Shown here: piece by piece, positions 12,252 through 24,313 of the stretch
How the letters are laid out: each line of letters starts with the position of its first letter
Numbering within the stretch: the first letter of the stretch is position 1
Assembly: GCA_002269645.1 (NCBI GenBank)
Contig: NIVC01000815.1
Span: forward strand, 124,001-188,000
Reading direction: 5' to 3'
DNA: 64,000 nt
From: Macrostomum lignano
Taxonomy: Eukaryota
Notes under the pieces: model-generated
Databases searched by the model: none
What the model was told of the DNA's origin: nothing
The model's input: only the letters and a program-made list of their open reading frames with translations
Made by a program: the position numbers and the translations under genes

Positions 12252-12726
12252 TGCGCGTTCTGGCTTGGCTGGTTTAGCTGGCGGGCCTGGAATCGAGTGT
12301 TTCAAGCTCCTGTTGGCTTGTTTCAGACACCGAGATAGTTTATATCAACAGGATGGAAAGGCCCTGCGGCGCGCTTCTCCTCCTTTCTCTCTTATCTCTG
12401 TCTCTCTCCTTTTATCTGTGGCTGTGCGGAGTTGCAATTAGAATGTGCACCCAGATTGAATGTACATTGACCTCTGCGGCGCTCTCCCCCTCCTCCTCTC
12501 TCTCTTTCTGGCTGCGCGGGACCTGCTGGAATCAGAATGAATGTACACCGGGGTTTAAATGTACATTTAAATTGTAGGTAGCCTCAATCCAATGTACATT
12601 TTGCGCGCTGGACTGCGCACTGAAGCTGGGCTGCTTTAATTCTTGCCTTAGTTTTAATTTTACAACAATTGGCTCGCTTGATGGGTGAAATTGAATGAGT
12701 ATAAGCCACAGATACTAGAATAACCC

Positions 12727-13129
12727 AGATAGGCCACTCAGCACATTTGCGTGTAAGCTACTTTCAGTTCAGTAGTAAGTTAAACAGAAGCATTCTAATG
12801 TATTTTTAAATCCAAGGCTCATTTATTGACTTTAATCCCCCCACAGCTTAAACCCTCCAACCGCGCCTTTTCAATTCCCGCTCCGCCCCAATTTTATTGC
12901 CTTCCAGCCTACAGCTGCTATGTACATTTCAGTGGCTAATGTACACTATTGCTGAACCAATTAGCAAGTTGTTTACGGCTTTTACGCCTGCAAGCTTGGG
13001 CTTCAAACTGATCAAAGTTCAGCTGCCTTTTTTATAAAATAGCTTATTATTCTTCTTTGCTACTGAACTGAAAGTACGAGCGTAGAAAGCTGTTTTTACT
13101 AAGTATCCAGACGCCTGAGTGGCCCATCT
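12727..13129. mobile_element. MITE-like non-autonomous DNA element, copy 1
   Basis: Perfect 17-bp inverted repeat TACTTTCAGTTCAGTAG (12759-12775) / CTACTGAACTGAAAGTA (13060-13076). Outer inverted repeat AGATAGGCCACTCAG / CTGAGTGGCCCATCT. No ORF. A homologous copy lies at about 33.1-33.4 kb. Confidence 0.72.
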
Positions 13130-13399
13130 ACGAGGGCTGTCCCAAAAGTTTTCATTTCATTATTCATTACTTTTTTTCATTATACCTCTTATTCTCTGAT
13201 GATCCAAGAAAACATCATTTTGCACAATTTTATAGCGGCAACTCTCTTCTTCCTATTATTAACTTTAAGATCCTTAAAATCATAGAAAGGAAACAAAAGT
13301 TACAAGCTACTCGTAAAATGTAGCAGCAGCTCGATCATAGTCATTGCTAAATAAAGGCGACATTAAGAGATCTAGGGTATTACTATGGATATGGGTTCG

Positions 13400-13790
13400 A
13401 GAATCGAGATTAGGGTTTCGGGTTCGAGATTAGGGTTTCGGGTTCGAGATTAGGGTTTCGGGTTCGAGATTGGGGTTTCGGGTTCGAGATTGGAGTTTCG
13501 GGTTCGAGATTGGGGTTTCGGGTTCGAGATTGGGGTTTCGGGTTCGAGATTGGGGTTTCGGGTTCGAGATTGGGGTTTCGGGTTCGAGATTGGGGTTTCG
13601 GGTTCGAGATTGGGGTTTCGGGTTCGAGATTGGGGTTTCGGGTTCGAGATTGGGGTTTCGGGTTCGAGATTGGGGTTTCGGGTTCGAGATTGGGGTTTCG
13701 GGTTCGAGATTGGGGTTTCGGGTTCGAGATTGGGGTTTCGGGTTCGAGATTAGGGTTTCGGTTTTTAGATTAGGGTTTCAGGTTGGAGGT
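13400..13790. repeat. G-rich minisatellite, 20-bp unit GAGATT(G/A)GGGTTTCGGGTTC
   Basis: About 19 copies. Edge variants contain TTAGGG. Confidence 0.95.
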
Positions 13791-15133
13791 TAAGGTTCAA
13801 ATTAAGGTTTCGGGTTCTCGACTAGGAATTCGAATTCAGGATTAGAGTTTCGGGTTTTAGCAAAAAATCAAATAATAGTTACTAGGGATCGTGGCCGGGG
13901 TGAAGCAGGTGCAATGATAGATTTTGTGCGTACTTTTCGTTTCTACTACGCTATTGTCCGGCTGCCAATATAAAAGTCCATAGCTTTTCCCGTCGTTTTT
14001 CTGCGTTCCAAAGATATTCTTAAGAATATCTTCCTACCAGAAGCAGAAGTCTAAAAAAAGCAAAACGTGTCGTTCTAGCGTTTCTCCCGGGAATTGGGCG
14101 CAAGATCTGCTTGTAGGCGCGCAGATTAATGAAAAAAATGTTCAATCTAAAACATGATTCGTCGTAAGACAAGTAAGAAATCCCATAGCCTTACTTGGTA
14201 GGGAGCTGATCATGCCTCCAACTCAGCAGCTGGGGGGGTAGAGTGGCTGTTGGGTAAAGCAAACCACCCAGCACCAGGGATATTAACAGAGATTGTTCGC
14301 GAGCTGTGAGTATTACATGGGCACAGGAAATGGCCAAACCTGAGAAGGCATTTGGCCGGCAGCAGGCCCGCCACTTAAGAGGAAAAATCATATTAGACAA
14401 TGTAAGCGACGGCCGCCTGGGGGGCTGTAAGTGCTACTGCACTGGAAGCGGCGTGCCAGATTTCCCACTTGAGCCATTAATTGCCTGTGCAATGCTGCTT
14501 GCTCTCTTCCTGCTGGCTGGGGGGGGATTAGCGACGGGGATATTGATGAATTTCGATCAGCTGGAACTGGAGCTGGCCACAGGAAGGAATTAACGAATTA
14601 TATAGCAGAACGCAGTTGCCAAGGCTCCATTCTATCGATTGCTAAAGGCGGGCGGGCAACTTCAAAGAGAAGTTGCTGGGAAAGAAACTATAGAATAGGA
14701 GGCGGAAGGAGAGATCGAGCCGGTTTGACGTGGATTCCTCTATGTCTTGATCCACGCACATCAGAACGGCCACTCGTAGCAATCTTCTAATTAGTTGTGT
14801 ATGCGTGGCACAGTCACAGTTGTTTGGCGAAAATTGGTGCTGATTTGTTATGAAAGCTTAAAGCTATTATTAAACGCCACGTAATGAGCAGCAACAGGCA
14901 CTCTAATGTTGATAATAAATATGCCCGATCACTGTAACTATGCTGTAAAACTGAAATACTGTAACTATGCTACGCATGCACAACTACAACTAATTAAGGA
15001 GTTACTGTACTATACATGGCCGTTCTGTAGTTTTGATAGAGAGGACTCAGATAGAGAGGCACTAGAGGGGAGATGCGAGTGGGGAGACAAGAGAAGGAAA
15101 GACTATAGGTAGAGAGGGGATCAGAGCACTGCA

Positions 15134-15190
15134 GCCGTGAACGCGTCCGACTCTCGCGCCTCGGCCCCTGGTTCGATTCCGTGCGCGGCA
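15134..15190 (+). other. tRNA-like/SINE-like fragment with a B-box but no D-arm
   Basis: GCCGTG pairs with CGCGGC(A). Contains GGTTCGATTCC. No A-box, so not a canonical tRNA. Confidence 0.3.
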
Positions 15191-15774
15191 CGAAAACTAA
15201 GCCGGTGGGTTGTTGTGCGATTCACAGCCATGAGGGCTAACCCCCCCCCCCGCCCCAAGGCACAGAGCTAGAGTGTACATTCCTGACGATTAGACAGTCA
15301 GGGCGCTGTACACCCTGCGTGAGCGCGTGTGTGAGTGCTGTGCCTGCGTACATAGCATTGGCGCGCTTGCATGACGCCAAGGTGCCCAGAAGAGAAATTT
15401 CTTCAGATTCAAAATAAAGATCTACGTCAGAAATTCAAAACTCCTTTGCACACCTCTACCCCCAGTGGACTTTACCTGCTCTTGAAGAAGAAACCTGTGT
15501 CTTACAAAGAAAAGTGAAAGATGTTAATCGTTAGCGTCAGTTCATCGCAATGCCTTGCAATTAGTGTAACGGCAGCTGAACTACACTTGGACTGGTCCTA
15601 GCTGCCTTCCTCTGTGCCAGAAGCAGAAGGAACAACATGCTCTTAGCTCGTAATTAGCCTGTGAGCACCGCGGCATACAGGGGGCATACAGGGGGCAATG
15701 CAACACTCCAGCTGTGCCCAATTAAGCATTTTAAGATCAAGGATATACGAGCGTAGGTCCTGAATCGGCTTAAA

Positions 15775-16300
15775 CTCGTATTTGTCTCTGTATATTTGTA
15801 CAAACTGATTTCATGTCTCAGTGTCATCTGTATATTTGTACAAACTGATTTCATGTCTCAGTGTCATCTGTATATTTGTACAAACTGATTTCATGTCTCA
15901 GTGTCATCTGTATATTTGTACAAACTGATTTCATGTCTCAGTGTCATCTGTATATTTGTACAAACTGATTTCATGTCTCAGTGTCATCTGTATATTTGTA
16001 CAAACTGATTTCATGTCTCAGTGTCATCTGTATATTTGTACAAACTGATTTCATGTCTCAGTGTCATCTGTATATTTGTACAAACTGATTTCATGTCTCA
16101 GTGTCATCTGTATATTTGTACAAACTGATTTCATGTCTCAGTGTCATCTGTATATTTGTACAAACTGATTTCATGTCTCAGTGTCATCTGTATATTTGTA
16201 CAAACTGATTTCATGTCTCAGTGTCTCTGTATATTTGTACAAACTGATTTCATGTCTCAGTGTCATCTGTATATTTGTACAAACTGATTTCATGTCTCAG
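15775..16300. repeat. Minisatellite, 40-bp unit TATATTTGTACAAACTGATTTCATGTCTCAGTGTCATCTG
   Basis: About 13 almost identical copies. Confidence 0.96.
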
Positions 16301-16589
16301 ACTCACGCCCACAGACAAGCCTACACTAATCTGAGTCTGGCTCACGCCACAGCCTAATGGCATCCCCATGCAGCCAACGTATAGCCGCATCCGGTATCCC
16401 ATCATCCCGCTCTAACGGGCAGAAAAGGCATTAAGGTCATTAGCGTGTTATAAGCAGACAGAATATAAGCAGTAGGCCTTGGTTTGCATGGTAAGTCGGA
16501 TTTTAAGCCCTTATTTATTTTTCCGCTTCTAAAAAATATACAAAAAAGTGCGCAAGTAGTTCACCAAGTTAGATTTTTGCATAGGTGCG

Positions 16590-16890
16590 CCAACGACTGT
16601 GTGCGCTTCTTACTGTGCGCGCTTTTTACAGTGGGCGCTTCTTACTGTGCGCGCTTCTTACTGTGCGCGCTTCTTACAGTGTGCGCTTCTTACAGTGCGC
16701 GCTTCTTACAGTGCGCGCTTCTTACAGTGCACGCTTTTTACAGTGCGCGCTTTTTACAGTGCGCGCTTCTTACAGTGCGCGCTTCTTACAGTGTGCGCTT
16801 CTTACAGTGTGCGCTTCTTACAGTGCGCGCTTTATACAGTGCGCGCTTCTTACAGTGCGCGCTTATTACGTTACGCGCTTTCAACTGTGC
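16590..16890. repeat. CpG-rich minisatellite, 16-bp unit CTTCTTACAGTGCGCG
   Basis: About 18 copies. Confidence 0.92.
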
Positions 16891-18254
16891 GTTATTTTAA
16901 CTGCGCACTTCTGCTTATTCAAGCTTTCAGTTCACCCAATGTTTTTGCATAACCGAATCTCCATCGAGTCAGCTTGATGTTCAAGTTAATCTTATTTATA
17001 AATTCAATTGGCCCGTGCAGAAAACTTTTTCCTTGCACCAGAGGTCAGATAAATTCGATCAAAAGTGCCTGGTTGCCTTCAGCGTTTAATAAATTATTTA
17101 TTCTATATTGGGCAACATTTTGGGGGCAGTAGTGCAATCAAATGAATTGGAGCCCTCTGAGCTCAGCTTGATCAACTTGGTGGACTCGACGGACTGCAAA
17201 CCAAGGACTACTACTAATGTTAGCTGGACCGGAAACTATGATTCTTGCAAAATGTTCAAGAAGTCAGGTTTTTGCCGAAAAAATACATTGCGGAGAATGG
17301 AGGTTTTCATTTTTCAGTACAAAATTTGTTATTGCATTTAATGTTAGGCAGACCCAATGCTCATCTTTTGTTCATCTTGTTTTATAGTTAAAAATTAATT
17401 TTCTTTCGAAATCAATAAGCTAAGCATGATAAAAAATATTCATAAAATGCACTACTTACGACTTGAGAAAGGCAAGTCATATCGGAAAGAAAAGCATTGG
17501 GTCTGCCTCCTATCAAAAGCACAAATTTTGTGCTGACAATTAATAAACTTTTTTCTGTAAAACCAGCCTCCTAAACATTTCTTTGAAACGCAGTTTCCCG
17601 TCCGTCTACTTGAGTAGGCCCTCGCTACAAGCTGCAAATGCCAAAAATTCATCATTTAGAAAATCCCTAATCAGAAAATCCCTCTCATTGGAAATTATTC
17701 TCCCATCAGAGCAATACTCATTATAAGAATCCCCCGCTTATTCCTGTCGATACATACTCATATAATGTTTATTCCATTGCGAAAACGGCAACTAAGGAAA
17801 TTCTTCAACCCCAAAAAAAGATCAAAAAAGCTGATTTTGGGCCGATGGAAGTCCGCCGTCCCGGTAACAGTAATTTAGGAATTTCAGGGGCCCAAACCAG
17901 CGACAACTCTCGATGCTGCCTCCCCATTCCCATACAGGATGCAGCCTTAGGGGGTTATTTTGTTGCAATTTCGTCCCATAGCGAGGTGGTTCTGTCCAAC
18001 GCCACTCCTGCACGAGAACGCCCCCCCCCCTGACCCACCGGAACTGAGCAAGGCAGGAGGGGAAGCCGACAGGGTGCTCAGGATAAGCAAGCGATGGGGA
18101 GAATATTTATGGGAGAAAAAGTTGGCGTGGCGCTCTGTGAGCGACAGGGGAGTCCGCACGAGACGGACAGTGGCGCTGGGTTGGGATTAAAAATAATTGG
18201 AAAGCCCAAGAAAGTACAGCGCGATCACACGTGTGACCTCCTGATTCCCTTCAT

Positions 18255-18612
18255 CTCAGCTGACCCTCCCTTCATCTCTTATCTGACCCTCCCTTCATCT
18301 CAGCTGACCCTCCCTTCATCTCTCATCTGACCCTCCCTTTATCTCTCAACTGATCCTGTCTTCATTATCTCTCATCTGACCCTCCCTTCATCTATTATCT
18401 GACCCTCCCTTCATCTATTATCTGACCCTCCCTTCATCTATTATCTGACCCTCCATCTATTATCTGAATCTCCCCTTATCTCTCATCTGACCCTCCCTTC
18501 ATCTCTCATCTGACCCTCCCCTTATCTCTCATCTGACCCCTCCCTTCATCTCTCATCTGACCCTCCCCTTATCTCTCATCTGACCCCTCCCTTCATCGCT
18601 CATCTGACCCCT
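18255..18612. repeat. Pyrimidine-rich minisatellite, about 21-bp unit TCTCATCTGACCCTCCCTTCA
   Basis: About 17 degenerate copies upstream of the GPCR. Confidence 0.88.
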
Positions 18613-18858
18613 CATCAATGGCTCTCCTGGCACCTGTCCCTCCATTTGAATCCACCCAGATTTCACCAAAGCCGCCTAGGTTCCCAAACAAGGCCTCCCA
18701 TATGCACTTTCCTATTGCGGATTTGAAATCCTCACTGACCAATCGCTGCCCGACAGACTCTCATTGGTCCCCCATAGCAGCTTTAAAATCCCTTGACTGT
18801 TTTATCGGATCCATAAAGCTTCGTCACCGGCTCGCTCTCTGTCTCCGACTCCACCGAC

Positions 18859-20670
18859 ATGAACGGCACCGACTTGTTGAACGGCAGCGGCAGCCCGGCT
18901 GGGGAGCCGCCGGACCCGAAGTTCACCCTGCCAGCTGGTGTCGCCATGCTGCTGTGCCTGCTGCTTGGCCTGGCTGGCAATCTGCTCCTGGTGCTGGTGA
19001 TCCTGAGCCGCCGGGATATGCGCACCAATCTTATCAACTTGTTCATAGCCAGCCTGTGCATCAACGACTTGCTGAATCTGCTCACCAACCAGAGCATGGT
19101 TGCCGTGTCCTACCTGGCTCACGGATGGGTTCTTGGCGACCTGCTGTGCGACCTCATGCCGGAGCTGAACATGCTGCTGGTGTGCGTGTCTCTGTGGCAC
19201 CACGCCCTGATTGGCCTGCATCGCTACATTGTGGTGGTGCACCGCAACGCCTACCTGGGGATGCACAAGGGACTGTACTCGGTCTGCATGCTGGTTGGGA
19301 CTCGACTGTTCGCCACCATGCTCAGCCTCACGCATCCGCTATTTAACGGGGGCCGCTGGTTTAACATGACCACTTATCAGGTAGCTGTGCCCTTCACCTG
19401 TGCCCTTCACCTGTGCCCTTCACCTGTGCCCTTCACCTGTGTCCTTCACATGTGCCCTTCACCTGTGCCCTTCACCTGTGCCCTTCACCTGTGCCCTTCA
19501 CCTGTGCCCTTCACCTGTGTCCTTCACATGTGCCCTTCACCTGTGCCCTTCACCTGTGCCCTTCACCTGTGCCCTTCACCTGTGCCCTTCACCTGTGCCC
19601 TTCACCTGTGCCCTTCACCTGTGCCCTTCACCTGTGCCCTTCACCTGTGCCCTTCACCTGTGCCCTTCACCTGTGCCCTTCACCTGTGCCCTTCACCTGT
19701 GCCCTTCACCTGTGCCCTTCACCTGTGCCCTTTACCTGTGCCCTTCACCTGTGCCCTTCACCTGTGCCCTTCACCTGTGCCCTTCACCTGTGCCCTTCAC
19801 CTGTGCCCTTCACCTGTGCCCTTCACCTGTGCCCTTCACCTGTGCCATTCACCTGTGCCCTTCACCTGTGCCCTTCACCAGTCCCTGATAATCTCAGCAT
19901 CAGATCCTCTGATTCTTCCAATGGCTCCCAATCCCCCTCTCGATCCCCTTGCAATTTGATCGGCCTTGCGAGCTGCAGCTGAGGCCAGAATGGCTGCTTA
20001 TCTATCCGCTCAGTCCGTATCTCCACGCCCAGATCTTTTCGAAAAATTTAACGGATTGGCCACCCAAACCTTTTTTGCTCACCAGGCAAAGATGCTTCGC
20101 TGCATCTACACCGCTGAGCACAAGTCCCGCATCGGAATTGTAGTCCTGCTCACCCAGCTGCTCCCCTGCCTCATTGTGTTGATCTGTTTCGCCCTGATCT
20201 TCGTTTTCGTGCACCGCACCGGAGTCCGGTCCACCGTGGCCGACAGGCTGCTGCTGAAACGCGAACTGCAGATCACGAAGATGTTCGGCGCGGTGTTCGC
20301 CATGTTCCTCATGGGCTTCCTGCCCTACGGCTGCCTGCGAATGCTCGACTCGGACAACAAGCTCAGCCCCAATGCCTACGTGGCCGTCACCCTGATGTAC
20401 GCCCTGGCCTCGTGCACCAACCCGCTGATCTTCGGCGCCATGAACACCGACATTCGAGCCGCCTGCCTGAAGATGCTCGGCCGTCAGCGAAGCCGCCCGG
20501 CCGCCACAAGCCGAGGCTGCAGCGGGGTGAGCGGCGTCTTCAGCCAGCAGTGCAACGGGGACGGTGGAGCCGCTGTCGAAGAGGAGTTGCCGAAGCGGAA
20601 GTCAGGCGGCAAGAATTTCTTACTTGTGCCAGCGAAAAGCAAAGTGCCGGCTGTGACTGAAATTGCCTGA
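18859..20670 (+). CDS. Class A (rhodopsin-like) 7TM GPCR, moody/Tre1/melatonin-receptor-related, 2 exons, 368 aa
   Basis: Exons 18859-19380 and 20086-20670, phase-0 intron CAG|GTAGCT...TTTTTTGCTCACCAG|GCA. N-terminal sequons NGT/NGS, GN in TM1, D in TM2 (INDL), Cys at the start of TM3, HRY at the DRY position, ECL2 Cys, ITKM...F...FLPY in TM6 (moody/Tre1-like), and NPLIF at the NPxxY position. Confidence 0.93.
19385..19878. repeat. Minisatellite, 13-bp unit CCTGTGCCCTTCA, in GPCR intron
   Basis: About 38 copies starting 4 nt after the donor GT. Confidence 0.96.
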
Positions 20671-21888
20671 GATCTAGCCTGAGATCTAGCCTGAGATCTA
20701 GCCTGAGATCTAGCCTGAGATCTAGCCTGAGATCTAGCCTGAGATCTAGCCTGAGATCTAGCCTGAGATCTAGCCTGAGATCTAGCCTGAGATCTAGCCT
20801 GAGATCTAGCCTGAGATCTAGCCTGAGATCTAGCCTGAGATCTAGCCTGAGATCTAGCCTGAGATCTAGCCTGAGATCTAGCCTGAGATCTAGCCTGAGA
20901 TCTAGCCTGAGATCTAGCCTGAGATCTAGCCTGAGATCTAGCCTGAGATCTAGCCTGAGATCTAGCCTGAGATCTAGCCTGAGATCTATCCTGAGATCTA
21001 GCCTGAGATCTAGCCTGAGATCTAGCCTGAGATTTACTTTGAGATTTACTTTGAGATCTAAACTTAGATTTAGCTTGAGATCTAGCCTGAGATCTAGCCT
21101 GAGATCTACCTTGAGATCTAGTCTAAGATTTAGTCTCAGATCTACCCTGAGATCTAGCTTGAGATCTAGCCTGAGATCTAGCCTGAGATCTAGCCTGAGA
21201 TTTACTTTGAGATCTAAACTTAGATTTAGCTTGAGATCTAGCCTGAGATCTAGCCTTAGATTTAGCTTGAGATCTAGCCTGAGATCTAGCCTGAGATCTA
21301 CCTTGAGATCTAGTCTAAGATTTAGTCTCAGATCTACCCTGAGATCTAGCTTGAGATCTAGCCTGAGATCTAGCCTGAGATCTAGCCTGAGATTTACTTT
21401 GAGATCTAAACTTAGATTTAGCTTGAGATCTAGCCTGAGATCTAGCCTTAGATTTAGCTTGAGATCTAGCCTGAGATCTAGCCTGAGATCTACCTTGAGA
21501 TCTAGTCTAAGATTTAGTCTCAGATCTACCCTGAGATCTAGCTTGAGATCTAGCCTGAGATCTAGCCTGAGATCTAGCCTGAGATTTACTTTGAGATCTA
21601 AACTTAGATTTAGCTTGAGATCTAGCCTGAGATCTACCTTGAGGTCTAGTCTAAGATTTAGTCTCAGATCTACCTTTAGATCTATCCTGAGATCTATCCT
21701 GAGATCTAGCCTGAGATTTAGCCTGAGATCTAGCCTGAAATCTAACCTTAGATGTAGCTTGAGATCTAGCCTGAGATCTAGCCTGAGATCTAGCCTGAGA
21801 TCTAGCCTGAGATTTACTTTGAGATTTAAACTTAGATTTAGCTTGAGATCTAGCCTGAGATCTAGCCTGAGATCTACCTTGAGATCTT
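20665..21888. repeat. Minisatellite, 12-bp unit GCCTGAGATCTA, with a 192-bp higher-order repeat
   Basis: About 100 copies. The first unit is the GPCR's last codon plus TGA stop. The variant TTTACTTT recurs at 21201, 21393 and 21585 (16-unit period). Confidence 0.96.
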
Positions 21889-22075
21889 AGAGTCTTAGCT
21901 TTTAAAGCAAAACCGTGTCGCTATGTTCCAAACCCATACATGCTTACTCAATTTTCGAATTTAGTTTTATTTTTATCTACAGTTAACTAATTGGGATTCT
22001 TTGAGTGTATTCTTGGCTTTAAACTTTTGTTGTAGTCCTGGTTTCTGTGTCTATTTGTTCCCTTATCTAACGAAT

Positions 22076-22640
22076 ATCTCACTCTGTCCCTCTCTATCTC
22101 ACTCTGTCCCTCTCTATCTCACTCTGTCCCTGTCTATCTCACTCTGCCGCTGTCTATCTCACTTTGTCCCTGTCTATCTCACTCTGCCGCTGTCTATCTC
22201 ACTTTGTCCCTGTCTATCTCACTCTGCCGCTGTCTATCTCACTTTGTTCCTGCCTATCTCACTTTGTCCCTGTCTATCTCACTCTGCCGCTGTCTATCTC
22301 ACTTTGTCTCTGTCTATCTCACTCTGCCGCTGTCTATCTCACTTTGTTCCTACCTATCTCACTTTGTCCCTGTCTATCTCACTCTGCCGCTGTCTATCTT
22401 ACTTTGCCCCTGTCTATCTCACTCTGTACCTGTCTATCTCACTTTGTCCCTGTCTATCTCACTTTGTCCCTGTCTATCTCACTCTGCCGCTGTCTATCTC
22501 ACTTTGTCCCTGTCTATCTCACTCTGCCGCTGTCTATCTTACTTTGCCCCTGTCTATCTCACTCTGCCGCTGTCTATCTCACTTTGTCCCTGTCTATCTC
22601 ACTTTGCCCCTGTCTATCTCACTCTGTACCTGTCTATCTC
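22076..22640. repeat. Minisatellite, 20-bp unit ACT(C/T)TG(CCG/TCC)CTGTCTATCTC
   Basis: About 28 copies with two alternating variants. Confidence 0.94.
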
Positions 22641-22869
22641 ATCTAATTTACCTACGCATCGCAGACTGATGTATATCTTTAATTTTTGTGTTCAAAAACT
22701 CTCACAACAATTTCTTGTAAAATCCGAAAAGCTTTATCGATTTTTTGCTTGCTAAATGTCAATAAACTAGAAAGGCTATGAAGGTTTTCTGAATATTTAA
22801 ATCAGTGTCATGCACATTCTAAGCGAGTGCGCCTTTCTCGATATACGAGATTGCTGGTAAATATTTTTA

Positions 22870-23605
22870 ATTTGGAATCTCAACCATGGATTTGGGATCT
22901 CAATCTGGGATTTGGGATCTCGATCTTGGATTCGGATCTCGATCTCAGATTTGGTATTTCAAGGATCTGGGATCTCAATCGGGCATTTGGGATCTCAATC
23001 GGGCATTTGGGATCTCAATCAGGAATCTGGGATCTCAATCAGGAATCTGGGATCTCAATCAGGAATCTGGGATCTCAATCAGGAATCTGGGATCTCAATC
23101 AGGAATCTGGGATCTTAATCAAGAATTTGGGATCTCAATCTTGATTTGGGATCTCAATCGGGAATTTGGGATCTCAATCGGGCATTTGGGATCTCAATCA
23201 GGAATCTGGGATCTCAATCAGGAATATGGGATCTCAATCAGGAATTTGGGATCTCAATCAGGAATCTGGGATCTCAATCAGGAATCTGGGATCTCAATCA
23301 GGAATCTGGGATCTCAATCAGGAATCTGGGATCTTAATCAAGAATTTGGGATCTCAATCTTGATTTGGGATCTCAATCGGGAATTTGGGATCTCAATCGG
23401 GCATTTGGGATCTCAATCAGGAATCTGGGATCTCAATCAGGAATCTGGGATCTCAATCAGGAATCTGGGATCTTAATCAAGAATTTGGGATCTCAATCTT
23501 GATTTGGGATCTCAATCGGGAATTTGGGATCTCAATCGGGCATTTGGGATCTCAATCTTGGATTTCATGGGATCTCAATCTTGATTTGGGATCTCAATCG
23601 GGCAT
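22870..23605. repeat. Minisatellite, 19-20-bp unit GGGATCTCAATCAGGAATCT
   Basis: About 36 copies. An inverted related array lies at 24401-24530. Confidence 0.93.
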
Positions 23606-24209
23606 ATTGACGATCAATATTGGCGTCTACAAGCGTACATGCGTATGAGCTGCTATTGCTAGGTACAAATGCATTAGCTTTCAGGTTTTTTAATTTTTCA
23701 TGCAGGTTTCGCTGCTCTGATGGCTCTCATTAGACTTTACAAGTAAAAAATAACGGAAACACGATTTCTGGCGCAACTGCAATTTCTCTTGCTCGAGACA
23801 AGAAATTGCCCGTCGTCACCAGACGCCTAGAAGTTGGCAAACAGAAGTCTTGGATAAAAATCTTATCTGCCTGACTGACACCTGCTTAGTTGTCGCTCTG
23901 GCAAATATTTGCTATGGGAATATTTGGTGGGAAGTTGGGACGGAAGCGACCCTCTGAGCATACGGGAAACGCCAAAGAGGAGGAGCGAATGGACAACTGA
24001 AGCAGGGCAATGACAGAGGATAGGCTGGCTGGCAAAGTAGTTGCTGCATTTCTTGCTTATTGAACTGGGGGTTGGGCCCAGCCGGGACTCAAATCCTCCA
24101 GATCTGACTGTTCGAGCTCGCTACCTGAGCCTACGGGATCATTGAATTATTTACAGCAAGTTCGACTGCACTGCACTGCTTGCCAAGACTGAGCTGCGAG
24201 TGTCTTTCT

Positions 24210-24313
<104 letters not shown>

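Noticed and set aside
13400-13790. True telomere or chromosome end
   Set aside because: TTAGGG occurs only embedded in 20-bp units and the array is flanked by ordinary sequence on both sides.
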